This document shows, piece by piece, positions 31,701 to 41,179 of a stretch of DNA of 64,000 bases. The stretch lies in the IMG/VR virus record IMGVR_UViG_3300025647_000026, positions 1 through 64,000 of that record. One strand, given 5' to 3'. The DNA comes from a virus. The translations under genes and the position numbers were made by a program. Within the stretch, counting starts at the first letter, position 1. Each line of letters starts with the position of its first letter. The notes under the pieces were generated by a model, which made no database searches, was not told the origin of the DNA, and was given only the letters and a program-made list of their open reading frames with translations.

Positions 31701-32899
31701 CTTATATCTGTACTTGTTTGTTCTAGGCTAATGTTCTTTAACCTTTTTGCAGCCATATCCCTATATTTACCCCATAAGCCATCTTCTTTTGCTATGTTTT
31801 GTAGGTTAGCTATTGCTTTTTCGATTCCTTTTCTATCTGCTCTTGCTAATGCTGCTTCTAATTTGTCTTTCCATTTCTTGCCTCTTGCTTCATTAATTTC
31901 TGTATCTACTTTATCAATAGCTGCGTTATAAAGGTCGGTTAAGAATGGTTTTACCTTTTCTCCTACTGCTTCTATTATTGCTTCGCTAAATGCTATAAAA
32001 TTTCTTGTCCCTGCTTCTATATGGTAAACTCCTATTGGAATCAATTGAACAGGTAGCGCAGCAGCAAAAGTCATTTTATTTAAGTCTTTTAATAACTTAT
32101 CATAATTTTCTTTTGTTACTAATTTATTTTTAGACCCGTATGTTGGTGATTTTCTATTAGGGGATTGGGTAATCTTGTTTATTTTGCCTTGTACTTTTTC
32201 TACTGCTTCTTTTGCCGCTTCCTTATTGGCTTTTTTAAATTCTTTGGCAATCTTTTTAGGTTTGCCATCTTTTTCAGCACGTTCTTGGTTAATCTTTTTT
32301 ATTGCTTGGCTTACAGCAAATACTTCTGTTGCGGGGCTTAGTGTAGGTAGTTTCCAATTTGCTTGGTTAAACTGTCCGAAATCTGTACTAGCAAATGCTA
32401 ACCATTCTCTCAAGGCTATTGCGTCTTGGCTTCTGCCTAGTCTATCATATTCTTTAATTATTAGTTGAGCAATAATATTTCTTACAGCACCGTTCATTCC
32501 GTTGTTTAAATCTCTTATTCCTTTTTCTAAATAGTCAATAGGTGTTACTTCAATTATTTTTCTAGCTTCTGCCTCTGAAAGTTTGTTTGGCATTTGGTCG
32601 TAATAAATAGCATCTTCCGAAAGTATTTCCGCTAAGCTAGGGTTTTCTTTTAGGAATTGTTTTGTTACACCTCTCATTAGCTTCTTCCCTCCCTCACTTG
32701 GGGCAGCTTCTTTTTTAGGTGCTTTTGGTGGGGTTATTGGAGGTAATGCGTTATCTGTTCCTGCTAGTTTTTCGGTTAGCTTGTCGTATTCTGTCTTGCC
32801 GTTTTCATCAGGTGTTGCTAAAAATGTTATCCATTCTGCTTCTGTTAGTGTTATAGGTTCTGTTGCGCCAATAGGAGTGAAAGTTATATTACAAGGCAT
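28751..32899 (-). CDS. Large internal virion (ejected/cargo) protein
   Basis: 1382 aa, helical; C-half (NLLSG, VVPF, GWQPYS) resembles large podovirus ejection proteins. Confidence 0.65.
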   Translation of the reverse strand: MPCNITFTPIGATEPITLTEAEWITFLATPDENGKTEYDKLTEKLAGTDNALPPITPPKAPKKEAAPSEGGKKLMRGVTKQFLKENPSLAEILSEDAIYYDQMPNKLSEAEARKIIEVTPIDYLEKGIRDLNNGMNGAVRNIIAQLIIKEYDRLGRSQDAIALREWLAFASTDFGQFNQANWKLPTLSPATEVFAVSQAIKKINQERAEKDGKPKKIAKEFKKANKEAAKEAVEKVQGKINKITQSPNRKSPTYGSKNKLVTKENYDKLLKDLNKMTFAAALPVQLIPIGVYHIEAGTRNFIAFSEAIIEAVGEKVKPFLTDLYNAAIDKVDTEINEARGKKWKDKLEAALARADRKGIEKAIANLQNIAKEDGLWGKYRDMAAKRLKNISLEQTSTDIRENAALEDFTNGLVRNMQAKIIESLPESERISKPLRSSIEVIGDAYKNLDKYADVWEKTKAEFQEKYKDNEQALEAIDAYFGDILATPFSQKEITKAVIKGLKDEGETIAKVAQQHYTIYDATKRSLIEKLTEEAGLTEEQAKELGDAISKEFDRLALEKKQQILATIFSKKERGKNQIKNLESELIRLTNLGAFSDDALVSAYAEKMGWATLTPENIKEIERLANIVERTADGLKKASAIEDLLGYQAKLKGVSLIDVMFSVWYANLLSGYNTQIVNAASGLYNTFAVFGIATLRRPKSVPFLVNGWLNGIKQGMLEAKSTLVTGYSPLRGRVEVPSTLELYPFKGGSINPANYLKYVRRIMAATDVFIAGGLKEMRAYQWARMMAVNDGKLEPSVNTRQRALEYLRKDDNSINETKHLAALELQKEIEEINNEPISQKEKDAKINKAKNDEGRRVFELIEMGRGSEIIEESANFAARSTFNYKTEGLLGGLVTSINNFIEKNNKTKLLKFVVPFTTIVANVANEALNYTPVGYIRGMGNGSISNMPRKDFEDMSETRQAEFKAELKTKALIGLALTTAVAMLTTLKGDDDDEPILQITANGTGDYQKNELLKKDEGWQPYSLRVWNPITKKYGAWVSYRYTPLIVMFSAIGNLKDYEAYRREKLTDSQWTKLGVAMTATSRVFFDATFLASINTFLGTLFSGAAASEDNATNLYKSAVKTTKSVVVPALYTQAAKEVEAAFDIPVKQTKLNPLGMIVEDIPYLRNYFENKIDALGKEVVPDTDILVSAGEGNKIVKLLAEKKSLIKPPDIRKEVYFDTAEQKDKVMNGKQFKIYSETRGAEISKFLEDNYDELKKMDLEDAQKAISNGVSEATVIAKAKVSFSENDFKQFFGEKEKESLAQKEKKAKDTEDQIAFDEKHEVTAEEKAFRERTKGKSFDDLKFKVYLPTLKKSTDPSTDIKRYKELKWITDVQQKELENELK

Positions 32900-32944
32900 A
32901 GTGTTTGTATTTTTAAAGTAACAAATTTAGTCTTTTTTTGTTAC

Positions 32945-32976
32945 AAAAAGAAAGCCACCTTGAAATAAGGCAGCTT
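32945..32976 (-). terminator. Intrinsic terminator
   Basis: AGCTGCCTT-ATTTC-AAGGTGGCT followed by TTCTTTTT. Confidence 0.7.
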
Positions 32977-32998
32977 ACTCTTTTTGTAAGTTGTTTTC

Positions 32999-33208
32999 TT
33001 AACCTTTTATGTATCTCATATAATTAATGGCAGCGTACTCTTTGATTATCTTATCTCTATTCGGCTCGTAAACCATATCCATTATAACGAAAATTTCTTC
33101 GACACCGTTTTCTTTTTCGTCAATTAAAACTACTTCTGCGCCATGCTTTTTAAGCAATAAGCTTAAATCTTTTTCAAAAGATTCTATTCTTTCTTTTTCT
33201 GTTATCAT
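32999..33208 (-). CDS. Hypothetical protein
   Basis: ORF with an A-rich initiation region. Confidence 0.55.
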   Translation of the reverse strand: MITEKERIESFEKDLSLLLKKHGAEVVLIDEKENGVEEIFVIMDMVYEPNRDKIIKEYAAINYMRYIKG

Positions 33209-33220
33209 GTTTTTGTTTAT

Positions 33221-33973
33221 TTAATTCGTTATTTCTATTCCTAGTTTATTTAATTCTTTAAATGCTGGTAAAAAGGCTTTATCAAGTTCTCTTAATTGCT
33301 CTAATTCTACATGGTGGTTAATAATTAAATGGTCATTTAAACTCATTACTGCTGCCATTTCTGGTTTATTTTCTCTTAATACTTCTTTTGCTGATTTACT
33401 TTTATTTGCATTAAACAAGTTTTTTATTTCTTTTGGCTCAAGCCCTGTTACTTGTTTGCAATTCTTTCTATTATAGTCAATAGTAGAATATTTACCGCCT
33501 TTATTGTAGTTTTCAGTATTTATTAATTTACTATTATTTAATTGAGTTAATCTATCTGTTTGTGCGTGTAGAACCGCTTTGCTTATCTTTAAATTATAGC
33601 TACCATATTTTCTAATATTAGGTAAAACTTCTTTTGTAACCCAATCTTTAAATGGTTGCGCTGTTTCTAAATTTGATGCAAGTGATAACTTATACATTCC
33701 GCTTTCTGCTAATAATGTTACCGAAGACGCTCTCCCACCGACTAATTTTGAATTAGTCAGTTGTTTTTTAAAATCCTTAAAGTCTTTAAGATTAATTACT
33801 TTGTATTCCGTACTATCTAAACTTGCTGCTTTTATAGCTTGGGTTAAATTTGTGTGTCCCCAAATATTTGCTATTTCAGTTCCCAAGAACATTGTTACCC
33901 CACTTTTATTATTTGTGAATGTAGTTAGTGAGCCAAAACTTTCTTTGGTAAATTTTTCTATGTTTATTTTCAT
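33221..33973 (-). CDS. Bro-N domain antirepressor-like protein
   Basis: LLAESGMYKL...FKDWVTKEVLPNIRKYGSY. Confidence 0.85.
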   Translation of the reverse strand: MKINIEKFTKESFGSLTTFTNNKSGVTMFLGTEIANIWGHTNLTQAIKAASLDSTEYKVINLKDFKDFKKQLTNSKLVGGRASSVTLLAESGMYKLSLASNLETAQPFKDWVTKEVLPNIRKYGSYNLKISKAVLHAQTDRLTQLNNSKLINTENYNKGGKYSTIDYNRKNCKQVTGLEPKEIKNLFNANKSKSAKEVLRENKPEMAAVMSLNDHLIINHHVELEQLRELDKAFLPAFKELNKLGIEITN

Positions 33974-34035
33974 GTGGCAAAGATAATTAATTAAACCATT
34001 TACGAAAATATATTTAGTTAAAACTTATCCACACA

Positions 34036-34086
34036 AAATAGAAAGCCCTCCAAAGTGTGCATCGCAATGATAGGCATGGAGGGCGT
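34036..34086 (-). terminator. Terminator with a structured loop
   Basis: GCCCTCCA...TGGAGGGC followed by TTTCTATTTT. Confidence 0.65.
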
Positions 34087-34109
34087 TTTAAAATTGTAAT
34101 GTGTTAGTG

Positions 34110-34211
34110 TTATTCTTCTTCCATGTCCATCCAATCAGCGTGTTCTCGGCATGTGCCGCAAATACCTGTATCTTGAATCCATTCTTCTGCTCCGCAGCAT
34201 TCGCTTTCCAT
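34110..34211 (-). CDS. 33-aa Cys/His microprotein (not in the ORF track)
   Basis: MESECCGAEEWIQDTGICGTCREHADWMDMEEE; starts 2 nt after the ferritin stop. Confidence 0.65.
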   Translation of the reverse strand: MESECCGAEEWIQDTGICGTCREHADWMDMEEE

Positions 34212-34213
34212 AG

Positions 34214-34702
34214 TTAGTTCTCCTCAAAAATGCTATGTTCTGCTATTAATTGACCGCTTTTATCTAGCCCTTCAAATGTTGCTGCGTAGTCTTTGTATAT
34301 TGCTACTGCTGCTGTTTGAATTACTATATATTCTATTGCTTTTATGGCAGTAGGCACGTCTATGCTTAGTAGTTCGCTGTATGCTTCGTTGTAGGCTATG
34401 CTTACTTCTATTTCTTTTTCTAGGCTTAGTTCTATAAGTTCTGTTAGGTCTTTGGCTTCTATGTCATATTCTTCAGTTGATGGCACACAGAAGTCGTTTC
34501 CTCTGCCATTAACGTAATTTTGCCAGCCTAAGAAGTGTTCATTCTCTTCTATGCTTTCGGCTATGAAATATTTCTCGGCTAATAGGAATCCGCTTTTGTT
34601 GGCTTGTTGGGCTAGTCTTTTGTAAAAGCTTGTTTGTCCTAGTTCTAGTTTAGCTAATGAATTTATGATGTTCATTGCTTTTTTTGGTATTTCGTATTTC
34701 AT
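34214..34702 (-). CDS. Ferritin-like protein (start moved to MKYEIP)
   Basis: 162 aa; E...Y...ESIEENEH...EKEIEV...Q pattern of the ferritin four-helix bundle; ATG 4 nt after TATCTTTG. Confidence 0.8.
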   Translation of the reverse strand: MKYEIPKKAMNIINSLAKLELGQTSFYKRLAQQANKSGFLLAEKYFIAESIEENEHFLGWQNYVNGRGNDFCVPSTEEYDIEAKDLTELIELSLEKEIEVSIAYNEAYSELLSIDVPTAIKAIEYIVIQTAAVAIYKDYAATFEGLDKSGQLIAEHSIFEEN

Positions 34703-34727
34703 GATGCAAAGATAGGGATTTTTCAAC

Positions 34728-34762
34728 AAAAACAAAAAGCTACGCTGTATTAGCATAGCTTT
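34728..34762 (-). terminator. Intrinsic terminator
   Basis: AAAGCTATGCT-AATAC-AGCGTAGCTTTTT. Confidence 0.75.
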
Positions 34763-34782
34763 CTATTTTTGTTTGTTATCTG

Positions 34783-34938
34783 ATACAAACAACCGTTCCG
34801 AAGGTATTAGTCAGACACTCTCACCGTTTAAGATTTACCCGCTTTACGGTAATGGGAATTAGTAGGCAGCTCAGAAAGGTAGCCGAGCAGTCTTTGTTTA
34901 ATGTGGGAATCGCTATTAACCCATTACTTCGTTTGTAC
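34783..34938 (-). ncRNA. Putative structured ncRNA, family unknown
   Basis: Nested stems with G-U pairs on minus; no ORF found; terminator follows. Confidence 0.5.
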
Positions 34939-34945
34939 TAATATT

Positions 34946-35967
34946 TTAAATTATCCTTACCTCTCTGCACTCGGTACACTTTTTAGCGGGTTTGTGGTTT
35001 TTAGTCGTTCTGAACCACTTATGGTCGCACTCTTCATTGCTAGGGGCAATTGTAAAATTTGTCTTGTTTAAGCCATCGTCTATCCAATAAATATACTTGG
35101 CTTTAACTCCTTTGTAATCAGGAAAATCCTTTTTAAGTTGTTGTTTTAACGTAGCTGTATCGTAAAGTAATTTCATAATGTCAGCAGAAAATCTTTCCCA
35201 ATTCTCTACCGTAACTATATCGAACATCTCTTGTATTGTTGTTATTTTATGCGCTTCCATTTTTAATCTAAGTTAGCTTTATCTAATATCGTTCTAAGTT
35301 TTTTCTTGTCTATCTTTACCCTTAACTCAGGGTTATTTAAATAAAAATCTAAATTTTTCTTTGCTTTGGCTTCAAATACCTTTGCGCTAGTCCCATTTAG
35401 TTCTATTACCATACTTTTAAATTAAACACCCGCACTTGCAGTATAAATGGATTACTGTAAGTGCAAGGTGTTTGTTTGCCCTGTACGAATACTGTGGGGC
35501 TTTTATCTTTAATGGCTAAATCGCCACTTCTTCGTAGTTCGTGTTGAAATTGTATTTTTTCAATGCTCTATCGCAAAGTTTTTTTATTGAATTTTTATGT
35601 AATCCACATACATTTTCACTTACCGTATTCCCTCTTGTGCCTTCTCTATAAGTTACCTTATATTTAGCTTCATTTTCGCAGTCATCCCAATAAGGTAACC
35701 CACAATTTGTTCTTTCAATTGACCTATCGCATTTCATATTTATAAATTTGTTAATCCATTAAAAAGAGGTGTTGCAAAATATCCATTTTGGATAGAGCAA
35801 ATACAATCCATTTTAAAAAACTTCCTTTGTAGTTTACTCATTGTAGCATAGTCGTATCCTAATATGTCTGATACTTTTTGCGCTTGCCTTGATGTTATTC
35901 TAATTGGAATAACAAAGTCATTTACGTTTTTTAAAAGATATTCAAAAGCTTCGTCTTGCATTGTCAT
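34946..35967 (-). other. Island of small hypothetical genes (34946-35260, ~35263-35412, 35516-35737, 35740-35967), two Cys-rich
   Basis: Co-oriented ORFs behind the TTTAATTAG-class promoter at 35984-36019. Confidence 0.65.
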
Positions 35968-36014
35968 AGTTTTTATTTTTTGACAAAAGTATTTCTAATC
36001 TCAAATATTCCTAA

Positions 36015-39000
36015 TTAAACTTTTTTAACCCAACTACAATCAATCGCTTTTATATCTCCACTAGCTAGTAATTTCTCTCTTATTTTGTCTAAGTTGGTGG
36101 TTATAGCTAGTATTGCATTAGCGTTTTCAGTTTCTTTAATTGTTTTGTCGGCTTCGTTTTTCCTTTTTCTATTGGAAATAGCATCTCCTAGCTTTATCCT
36201 TTCCTTTTCTTCCGCAGCCAAAACTTTAGTTACCGCTTCTACTTCTGCGGTATTCAAGGCTTTTGTGGCTTTTTCTGTCGCTTTTTTTGATGATTTTTGC
36301 GAATTAGGCTTTCTTTGCCCATTATCTTGGTCAAAAACAAAACCCTCTGCCTCGTACAGTTTTTTAAGCCCTTCTTCTGTTGTTGCGTCATCTTGAGGCG
36401 CAATATCCAAAAATAAAGTAGCATTGTTTTCGTCAGCCCACTTAGTTACTTTTCTTAATAATTCTTTCGCTTTCCCTTTGCCTCTTTCTTTTGGGTCGGT
36501 ATATAATAATTCTACCTTAACGCCATTTGTAACATTTTCAATGCTATTATCATTCTCTTCGTCCTCAACTTCTACTTCATTAGGCTTAATGAATATACTA
36601 GCATCTTTTGTTTTGTTTTGAAGCACATCGCCCATTTCATCTCCGAATGGATTTACGTTGTCGCCCCATTGTCTTTCGCTGCTTTTAAACCCTAAGTCGG
36701 CTACTGCTTTATTGTAAAGTTTTTCGCCTTGCTCTTGTTGTTCCTCTACCTTAGTTCTAGGTATCTTTGGAAGTTTATCAATCTCCACTTTAATATTGTC
36801 AGAATCCTCTTTCATCATCTGAACAATTGCTTTCTCCCCATCGCCTAGTTCTAACGAAAGCTTATCGTATCTTTTTTTCTTTTCTTCGCTAGTGCCTTCT
36901 ATTCTTTTTCTTATCTCTTGTATTTTATCAAGCCTTTCGGTTATAAATTCTTGCTTGCTTTTATTTTTAAAAGGGCTTTTCTCTTCCTCCTTTGTCCCGT
37001 TTTTATCACTAAAAACTGGACTTTCGCTAGGCGGTGTTTCTTTGGCAGTAGGCTTCTCGGTGGTTTCACCTATGGGTGCTTTCTCGGTTAGGTTGGTTTC
37101 GGTTTTTTGTTCAAAAGATTCATTAAATGCTTGTTCTTCTTTACTCCCTTTTTCTAATATTTCAGTAGGTATGTTTTTTAACAAACTTGGCGAAACATCT
37201 TTATTCATAGCTAAAATCCATATATCTTCAGCAGATATTCTACCCTCATTATATGCTTTAATTACGCTACCGCTAGAAACCGCTTTATCTATTATTGCTT
37301 TTTGCTTTGCAATATTTGAACTTCTTGAAGGTAAATTCATCCAATCTTCTTTAGGATTACCTTTTAAGTCTTTATCTCCTTTATATAATATAGAATCTGT
37401 ATAGCCCTTTTCCTTTTGTAAAGCTATCTCTTTACTTTTATCTTCTGTTGGTAAGGTGGTGGGTTTGTTTTCTGCTACTACTTCTATTGGTTTAGTAGTT
37501 TCTTTAGGCTTATATTCTTTTGGTAAAATAAAATCAGAATCTTCCAATTTTACAATATTTTCATACAAATTTTTACCTTCTTGAATAGCTTTTTTAATCA
37601 ACAATTCATCAATATTGTCTGGAAGATTTCCGTTATCCTCTATCGTAGCATAACTCATTCCAGACCTGTTTGATTTTCCGTCAAGAACTGTTTCGGGATT
37701 ACTCATTCTTAATCCAAGAACTCTGTATTTTTTACCTTTTTTTTCTATAATTTTAATAAAAGATTCGCCTGAATTTTCTCCACTTTCATTTCTTGGGTCA
37801 AAAGCCTCTTTATATTGAATAGAATCTTTGGTTATTCCTGCTCGTGTTTTATTGCTTACAGTCCATCCGTCACTAAGTCCTGATACTATTATTTTGTTTT
37901 CTAAAGCTACTTCTTCTTCACGCAGTTGTTCACTACTTTTCCCGACTTCATTTTGTTGTTCGTTATTTGTTATGTTAATAGGTGTCTGTACTTCACTACT
38001 AATATTGCTGCTTGGTGTAGGAGGGGTTTTAGTTTCTTCAGGTGTTTCAATTATTGTTTCTTGATTTATGTCAGCTTCTTGTTTAGCTTGTTCTACTAAA
38101 AGTTTATGTTCTTTTTCTGTTTCTTTTATTTGACTATCTATCGCAATAATAGCTTCACTATTATCTGCACTAGATAGGTCGTTTTTTGCTTGTTCTAGTT
38201 CGTCTAATTCGCTATTTTTGGCTTCTATTAGCTGTACTGTTTCTTTGTTTGCAAATTCGCCTATTTTATTTTGTTCTTCAGCTATTTTATCCGCTTCTGT
38301 ATGTAGCTTTTCTGCTTGTTTTTCTAAAGCATTACTCACTACTTGGCTTTGAGAGTCTAATGATTGATTCATTAAATCATCTGCCTTAGTTTTTAGTTCT
38401 TGATGTTTTGCAGCTTGTTTCTTTTCAATATAATGATTTAAAGTTGTTGTTGCACCTCCTTGACCTCCTCCTGCAAATAAAGATATAATAGCAGCATCTC
38501 CAACTCCATCAAATAACCCAACATTTTTTTTATCAAGTATATATTTATCAACTACATTTGAACCTATTTGATTAACTACCTCTCCTCCAATTTCTTCTGC
38601 TGTGTTTTTACCTAATTTACTAGTAAGTGTTTTCTTTAAAGCAGCTTCTATTGCTTCTTTAGCCATTCTTTCGGCTGTTTCCTTTCCAAACTTAGCTATT
38701 AATTCCCTTGAGGCTTTACCTGCTCCAAACATTCTTTCTGTTATAACCTCTAAACCTGCTTTTATAACACCTGCTGCCAAATCATTTGCATTTGCGCTGC
38801 CTTTTTCTGCTATTGCTTCGTCTAGTTGACTGCCAACTGTACCTCCAGAAATTGCTGTTGCTGTGTATGGGTTTAAAAATAATGCGCTTGTTGGGATACT
38901 ACCTATAAACCCTTTGAACCCATAATCTGCCGCTTGTGCTATTTTGCCATCTTTTAAAGACTCCCATGCACTACCGCCATTTTCTAGTCCAATATTTTTT

Positions 39001-39824
39001 ATTTCAGATTTTTCGTTTGCTGCTTTTATTAAATCTTTTCCTGTTTGAGCGATAATATCTGAAGGCTGTTTAAATCCGCCTTTACTTTCTTCTAAAAATT
39101 TAGCATAAGCAGCTTCTGATTCTTTAGATGGTGCTAATCCAACAGATGCCCATAAATCTTTTTTAATAATATTAATTGATTCATCTAGCGATGTAGCACT
39201 TCTTGCTAACATTCCTAATGCTTGTTGCCCACCTATTAGTAAGTTATTTGAAATAGTATTTGGTTGGTCTATTTGCGCTTGTTGTTTTTGAGCATCTATA
39301 CCTTTGTTTAAAACCTCAATTTTCTTTTGGTCTTGGTCTATTTGCGTTAGAATATTACGCATACCCTGCTCATCCCCTTGTTGTTTAAATTGGTCTGCAA
39401 GCAAAAGATTTTCAGAAGTTCTTTTTTGAATATTATTTAAAGTGTTGGTATAAAGTCCTATTCTTTCTACTGGTTTCTTCTCTATTATTGGCTTAACTGT
39501 CGGTATCTCCGATTTTAAGTTCGATTTTAATGGAGATTGCGAAACTTCTTCTGCACCACTTGGTAATGGCTTTGTATAGTCTTCCACACTTGTTGAAAAA
39601 GTTGGTTGTGAACCATTCTTTTTTTTTTCGCCATATAAAGGTTTTGCATTTGGCATATCCTTTATAAAATCATTTACTTCGTTTACGGGGATATCAAAAG
39701 TATCTTTATCTAAAACAAAAGATTTTACCTCTACAGCTTTTGGCATATCTTTTAAAAAAGAACCTGCTTCATTTTCTTCTATGTCGTAAAGGTCTTCACC
39801 TACTTTATATGTTTTTTTTGGCAT
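36015..39824 (-). CDS. Large internal virion (ejected) protein with a C-terminal GNAT-like domain
   Basis: A/G-rich hydrophobic central region typical of injection proteins; VELLYTDPKERGKGKAKELL...LKKLYEAEGF matches the GNAT acetyl-CoA motifs. Confidence 0.7.
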   Translation of the reverse strand: MPKKTYKVGEDLYDIEENEAGSFLKDMPKAVEVKSFVLDKDTFDIPVNEVNDFIKDMPNAKPLYGEKKKNGSQPTFSTSVEDYTKPLPSGAEEVSQSPLKSNLKSEIPTVKPIIEKKPVERIGLYTNTLNNIQKRTSENLLLADQFKQQGDEQGMRNILTQIDQDQKKIEVLNKGIDAQKQQAQIDQPNTISNNLLIGGQQALGMLARSATSLDESINIIKKDLWASVGLAPSKESEAAYAKFLEESKGGFKQPSDIIAQTGKDLIKAANEKSEIKNIGLENGGSAWESLKDGKIAQAADYGFKGFIGSIPTSALFLNPYTATAISGGTVGSQLDEAIAEKGSANANDLAAGVIKAGLEVITERMFGAGKASRELIAKFGKETAERMAKEAIEAALKKTLTSKLGKNTAEEIGGEVVNQIGSNVVDKYILDKKNVGLFDGVGDAAIISLFAGGGQGGATTTLNHYIEKKQAAKHQELKTKADDLMNQSLDSQSQVVSNALEKQAEKLHTEADKIAEEQNKIGEFANKETVQLIEAKNSELDELEQAKNDLSSADNSEAIIAIDSQIKETEKEHKLLVEQAKQEADINQETIIETPEETKTPPTPSSNISSEVQTPINITNNEQQNEVGKSSEQLREEEVALENKIIVSGLSDGWTVSNKTRAGITKDSIQYKEAFDPRNESGENSGESFIKIIEKKGKKYRVLGLRMSNPETVLDGKSNRSGMSYATIEDNGNLPDNIDELLIKKAIQEGKNLYENIVKLEDSDFILPKEYKPKETTKPIEVVAENKPTTLPTEDKSKEIALQKEKGYTDSILYKGDKDLKGNPKEDWMNLPSRSSNIAKQKAIIDKAVSSGSVIKAYNEGRISAEDIWILAMNKDVSPSLLKNIPTEILEKGSKEEQAFNESFEQKTETNLTEKAPIGETTEKPTAKETPPSESPVFSDKNGTKEEEKSPFKNKSKQEFITERLDKIQEIRKRIEGTSEEKKKRYDKLSLELGDGEKAIVQMMKEDSDNIKVEIDKLPKIPRTKVEEQQEQGEKLYNKAVADLGFKSSERQWGDNVNPFGDEMGDVLQNKTKDASIFIKPNEVEVEDEENDNSIENVTNGVKVELLYTDPKERGKGKAKELLRKVTKWADENNATLFLDIAPQDDATTEEGLKKLYEAEGFVFDQDNGQRKPNSQKSSKKATEKATKALNTAEVEAVTKVLAAEEKERIKLGDAISNRKRKNEADKTIKETENANAILAITTNLDKIREKLLASGDIKAIDCSWVKKV

Positions 39825-39829
39825 AATAA

Positions 39830-41179
39830 TTATTTCCTTTTGTTTTTACTCCAATCCTTCTTTTCAGTAGTAGTTTCTGGTTTCTGATAAGGATGAAATC
39901 CTGATACATATTTTTTGTTTTCAGATGTTTTTAACATCTTATCCACTAATTCATTCCCAAAAAATGATTGCATTGATTTTGTGTCTGCTTTATGCTTCAC
40001 CTTGTCTTCTCCAACTACTTCCCACATTCCATCACCCAAGTAATTACTTTTAGTGGGTAATATTCTAATAGCTTCAGGAGGTGGTTGTCTAAATTTACCG
40101 CTTCCTTCTGCATCACCTCCTGTAACACTTGTTAAAAGTGCCTCTTGTAGGTCAGGGATAATAGTCATATTTTGTTCAGTAATTCCGCTTGTTGCACCTG
40201 TATTTAATAACCAGCTTCCGTCTGCTTGTCTTATTCCTGTGAATCCACTTCCTTTTATTGGAATTATATCTCCGTTTGAATTTACTCTATATTTACTTTC
40301 GTCACCACTTGCTTTAGGTACGTCTTTAATGTCTACTTGCTTCCAAAACGTAGGCTCTAGTTCTTTTTTTACTGCATTTTTAATTGCAAGTAAGTGAGCA
40401 GCAACAACAGCATCAGGGTTATTTGCATCTACTTTTGCAAGTTCGGCAGGTAATTCGGCAGCTACTTTTTCTTTGTTTTTGTGTAAATAATTTTGTGCAA
40501 AATCTGGATTGTTAAATAATGAATTAATTTTCATATCAACAACTTCGGGGGCTATTCTTAATGCTGAATGCAAATGTCCATTTTCATCTTTGTATGATTT
40601 ACTTGTAGTTTTATCTAACTTAACATCACTACCAAATACTAAATTCTTTTTGTACTCGGCATTTAAATCAACATCAGGAACAACGTGCTTAACAACAGGT
40701 CTGTCAGATACTTTATCCCAAGTTATATTACTATCAGGTATTTCTGCTAATTTCTTTAACTTAGTAAAATCATCGTTTTTTAATGCGGTTCTTTCTTCTT
40801 CTGTTAAAAGTATCTTATCAGCACTTTCTTTTAATTTATTAAAATCGTTACTATATTGCACCTCCCTATTCATTTTTTGCTGCCCTAACATTGCGCCCAT
40901 TTGGGTTTTAAATTCGCCTGATTGCAATCCTTCAATAGTTATTTTTTGTATTCTGTCAGCTCCAATTTTATCAACATTTGCAGGAGGTTTAATAATATTT
41001 GCATATTCTTTTTCTACCTTAGCTTTTTCAGCAGCTAGTTTAGCTTCATCAGCTTTAGCTTTTAATCCTAAAGTTAATTCTTGTTGTGCTGCCCTTGTAA
41101 AAGGTTTGTCACTTATAGGTTTTAAGTTAGTGCTTTCGCCTAATATTCCTGCAAGTCCTAGTGTTACGTCTTCTGCCAT
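39830..41179 (-). CDS. Internal virion/ejected protein
   Basis: 449 aa within the cargo operon. Confidence 0.5.
   Translation of the reverse strand: MAEDVTLGLAGILGESTNLKPISDKPFTRAAQQELTLGLKAKADEAKLAAEKAKVEKEYANIIKPPANVDKIGADRIQKITIEGLQSGEFKTQMGAMLGQQKMNREVQYSNDFNKLKESADKILLTEEERTALKNDDFTKLKKLAEIPDSNITWDKVSDRPVVKHVVPDVDLNAEYKKNLVFGSDVKLDKTTSKSYKDENGHLHSALRIAPEVVDMKINSLFNNPDFAQNYLHKNKEKVAAELPAELAKVDANNPDAVVAAHLLAIKNAVKKELEPTFWKQVDIKDVPKASGDESKYRVNSNGDIIPIKGSGFTGIRQADGSWLLNTGATSGITEQNMTIIPDLQEALLTSVTGGDAEGSGKFRQPPPEAIRILPTKSNYLGDGMWEVVGEDKVKHKADTKSMQSFFGNELVDKMLKTSENKKYVSGFHPYQKPETTTEKKDWSKNKRK

Noticed and set aside
34025-34033. DnaA box TTATCCACA (also at 25486-25494)
   Set aside because: Isolated single copies; the iteron array in the initiator gene is a better origin candidate
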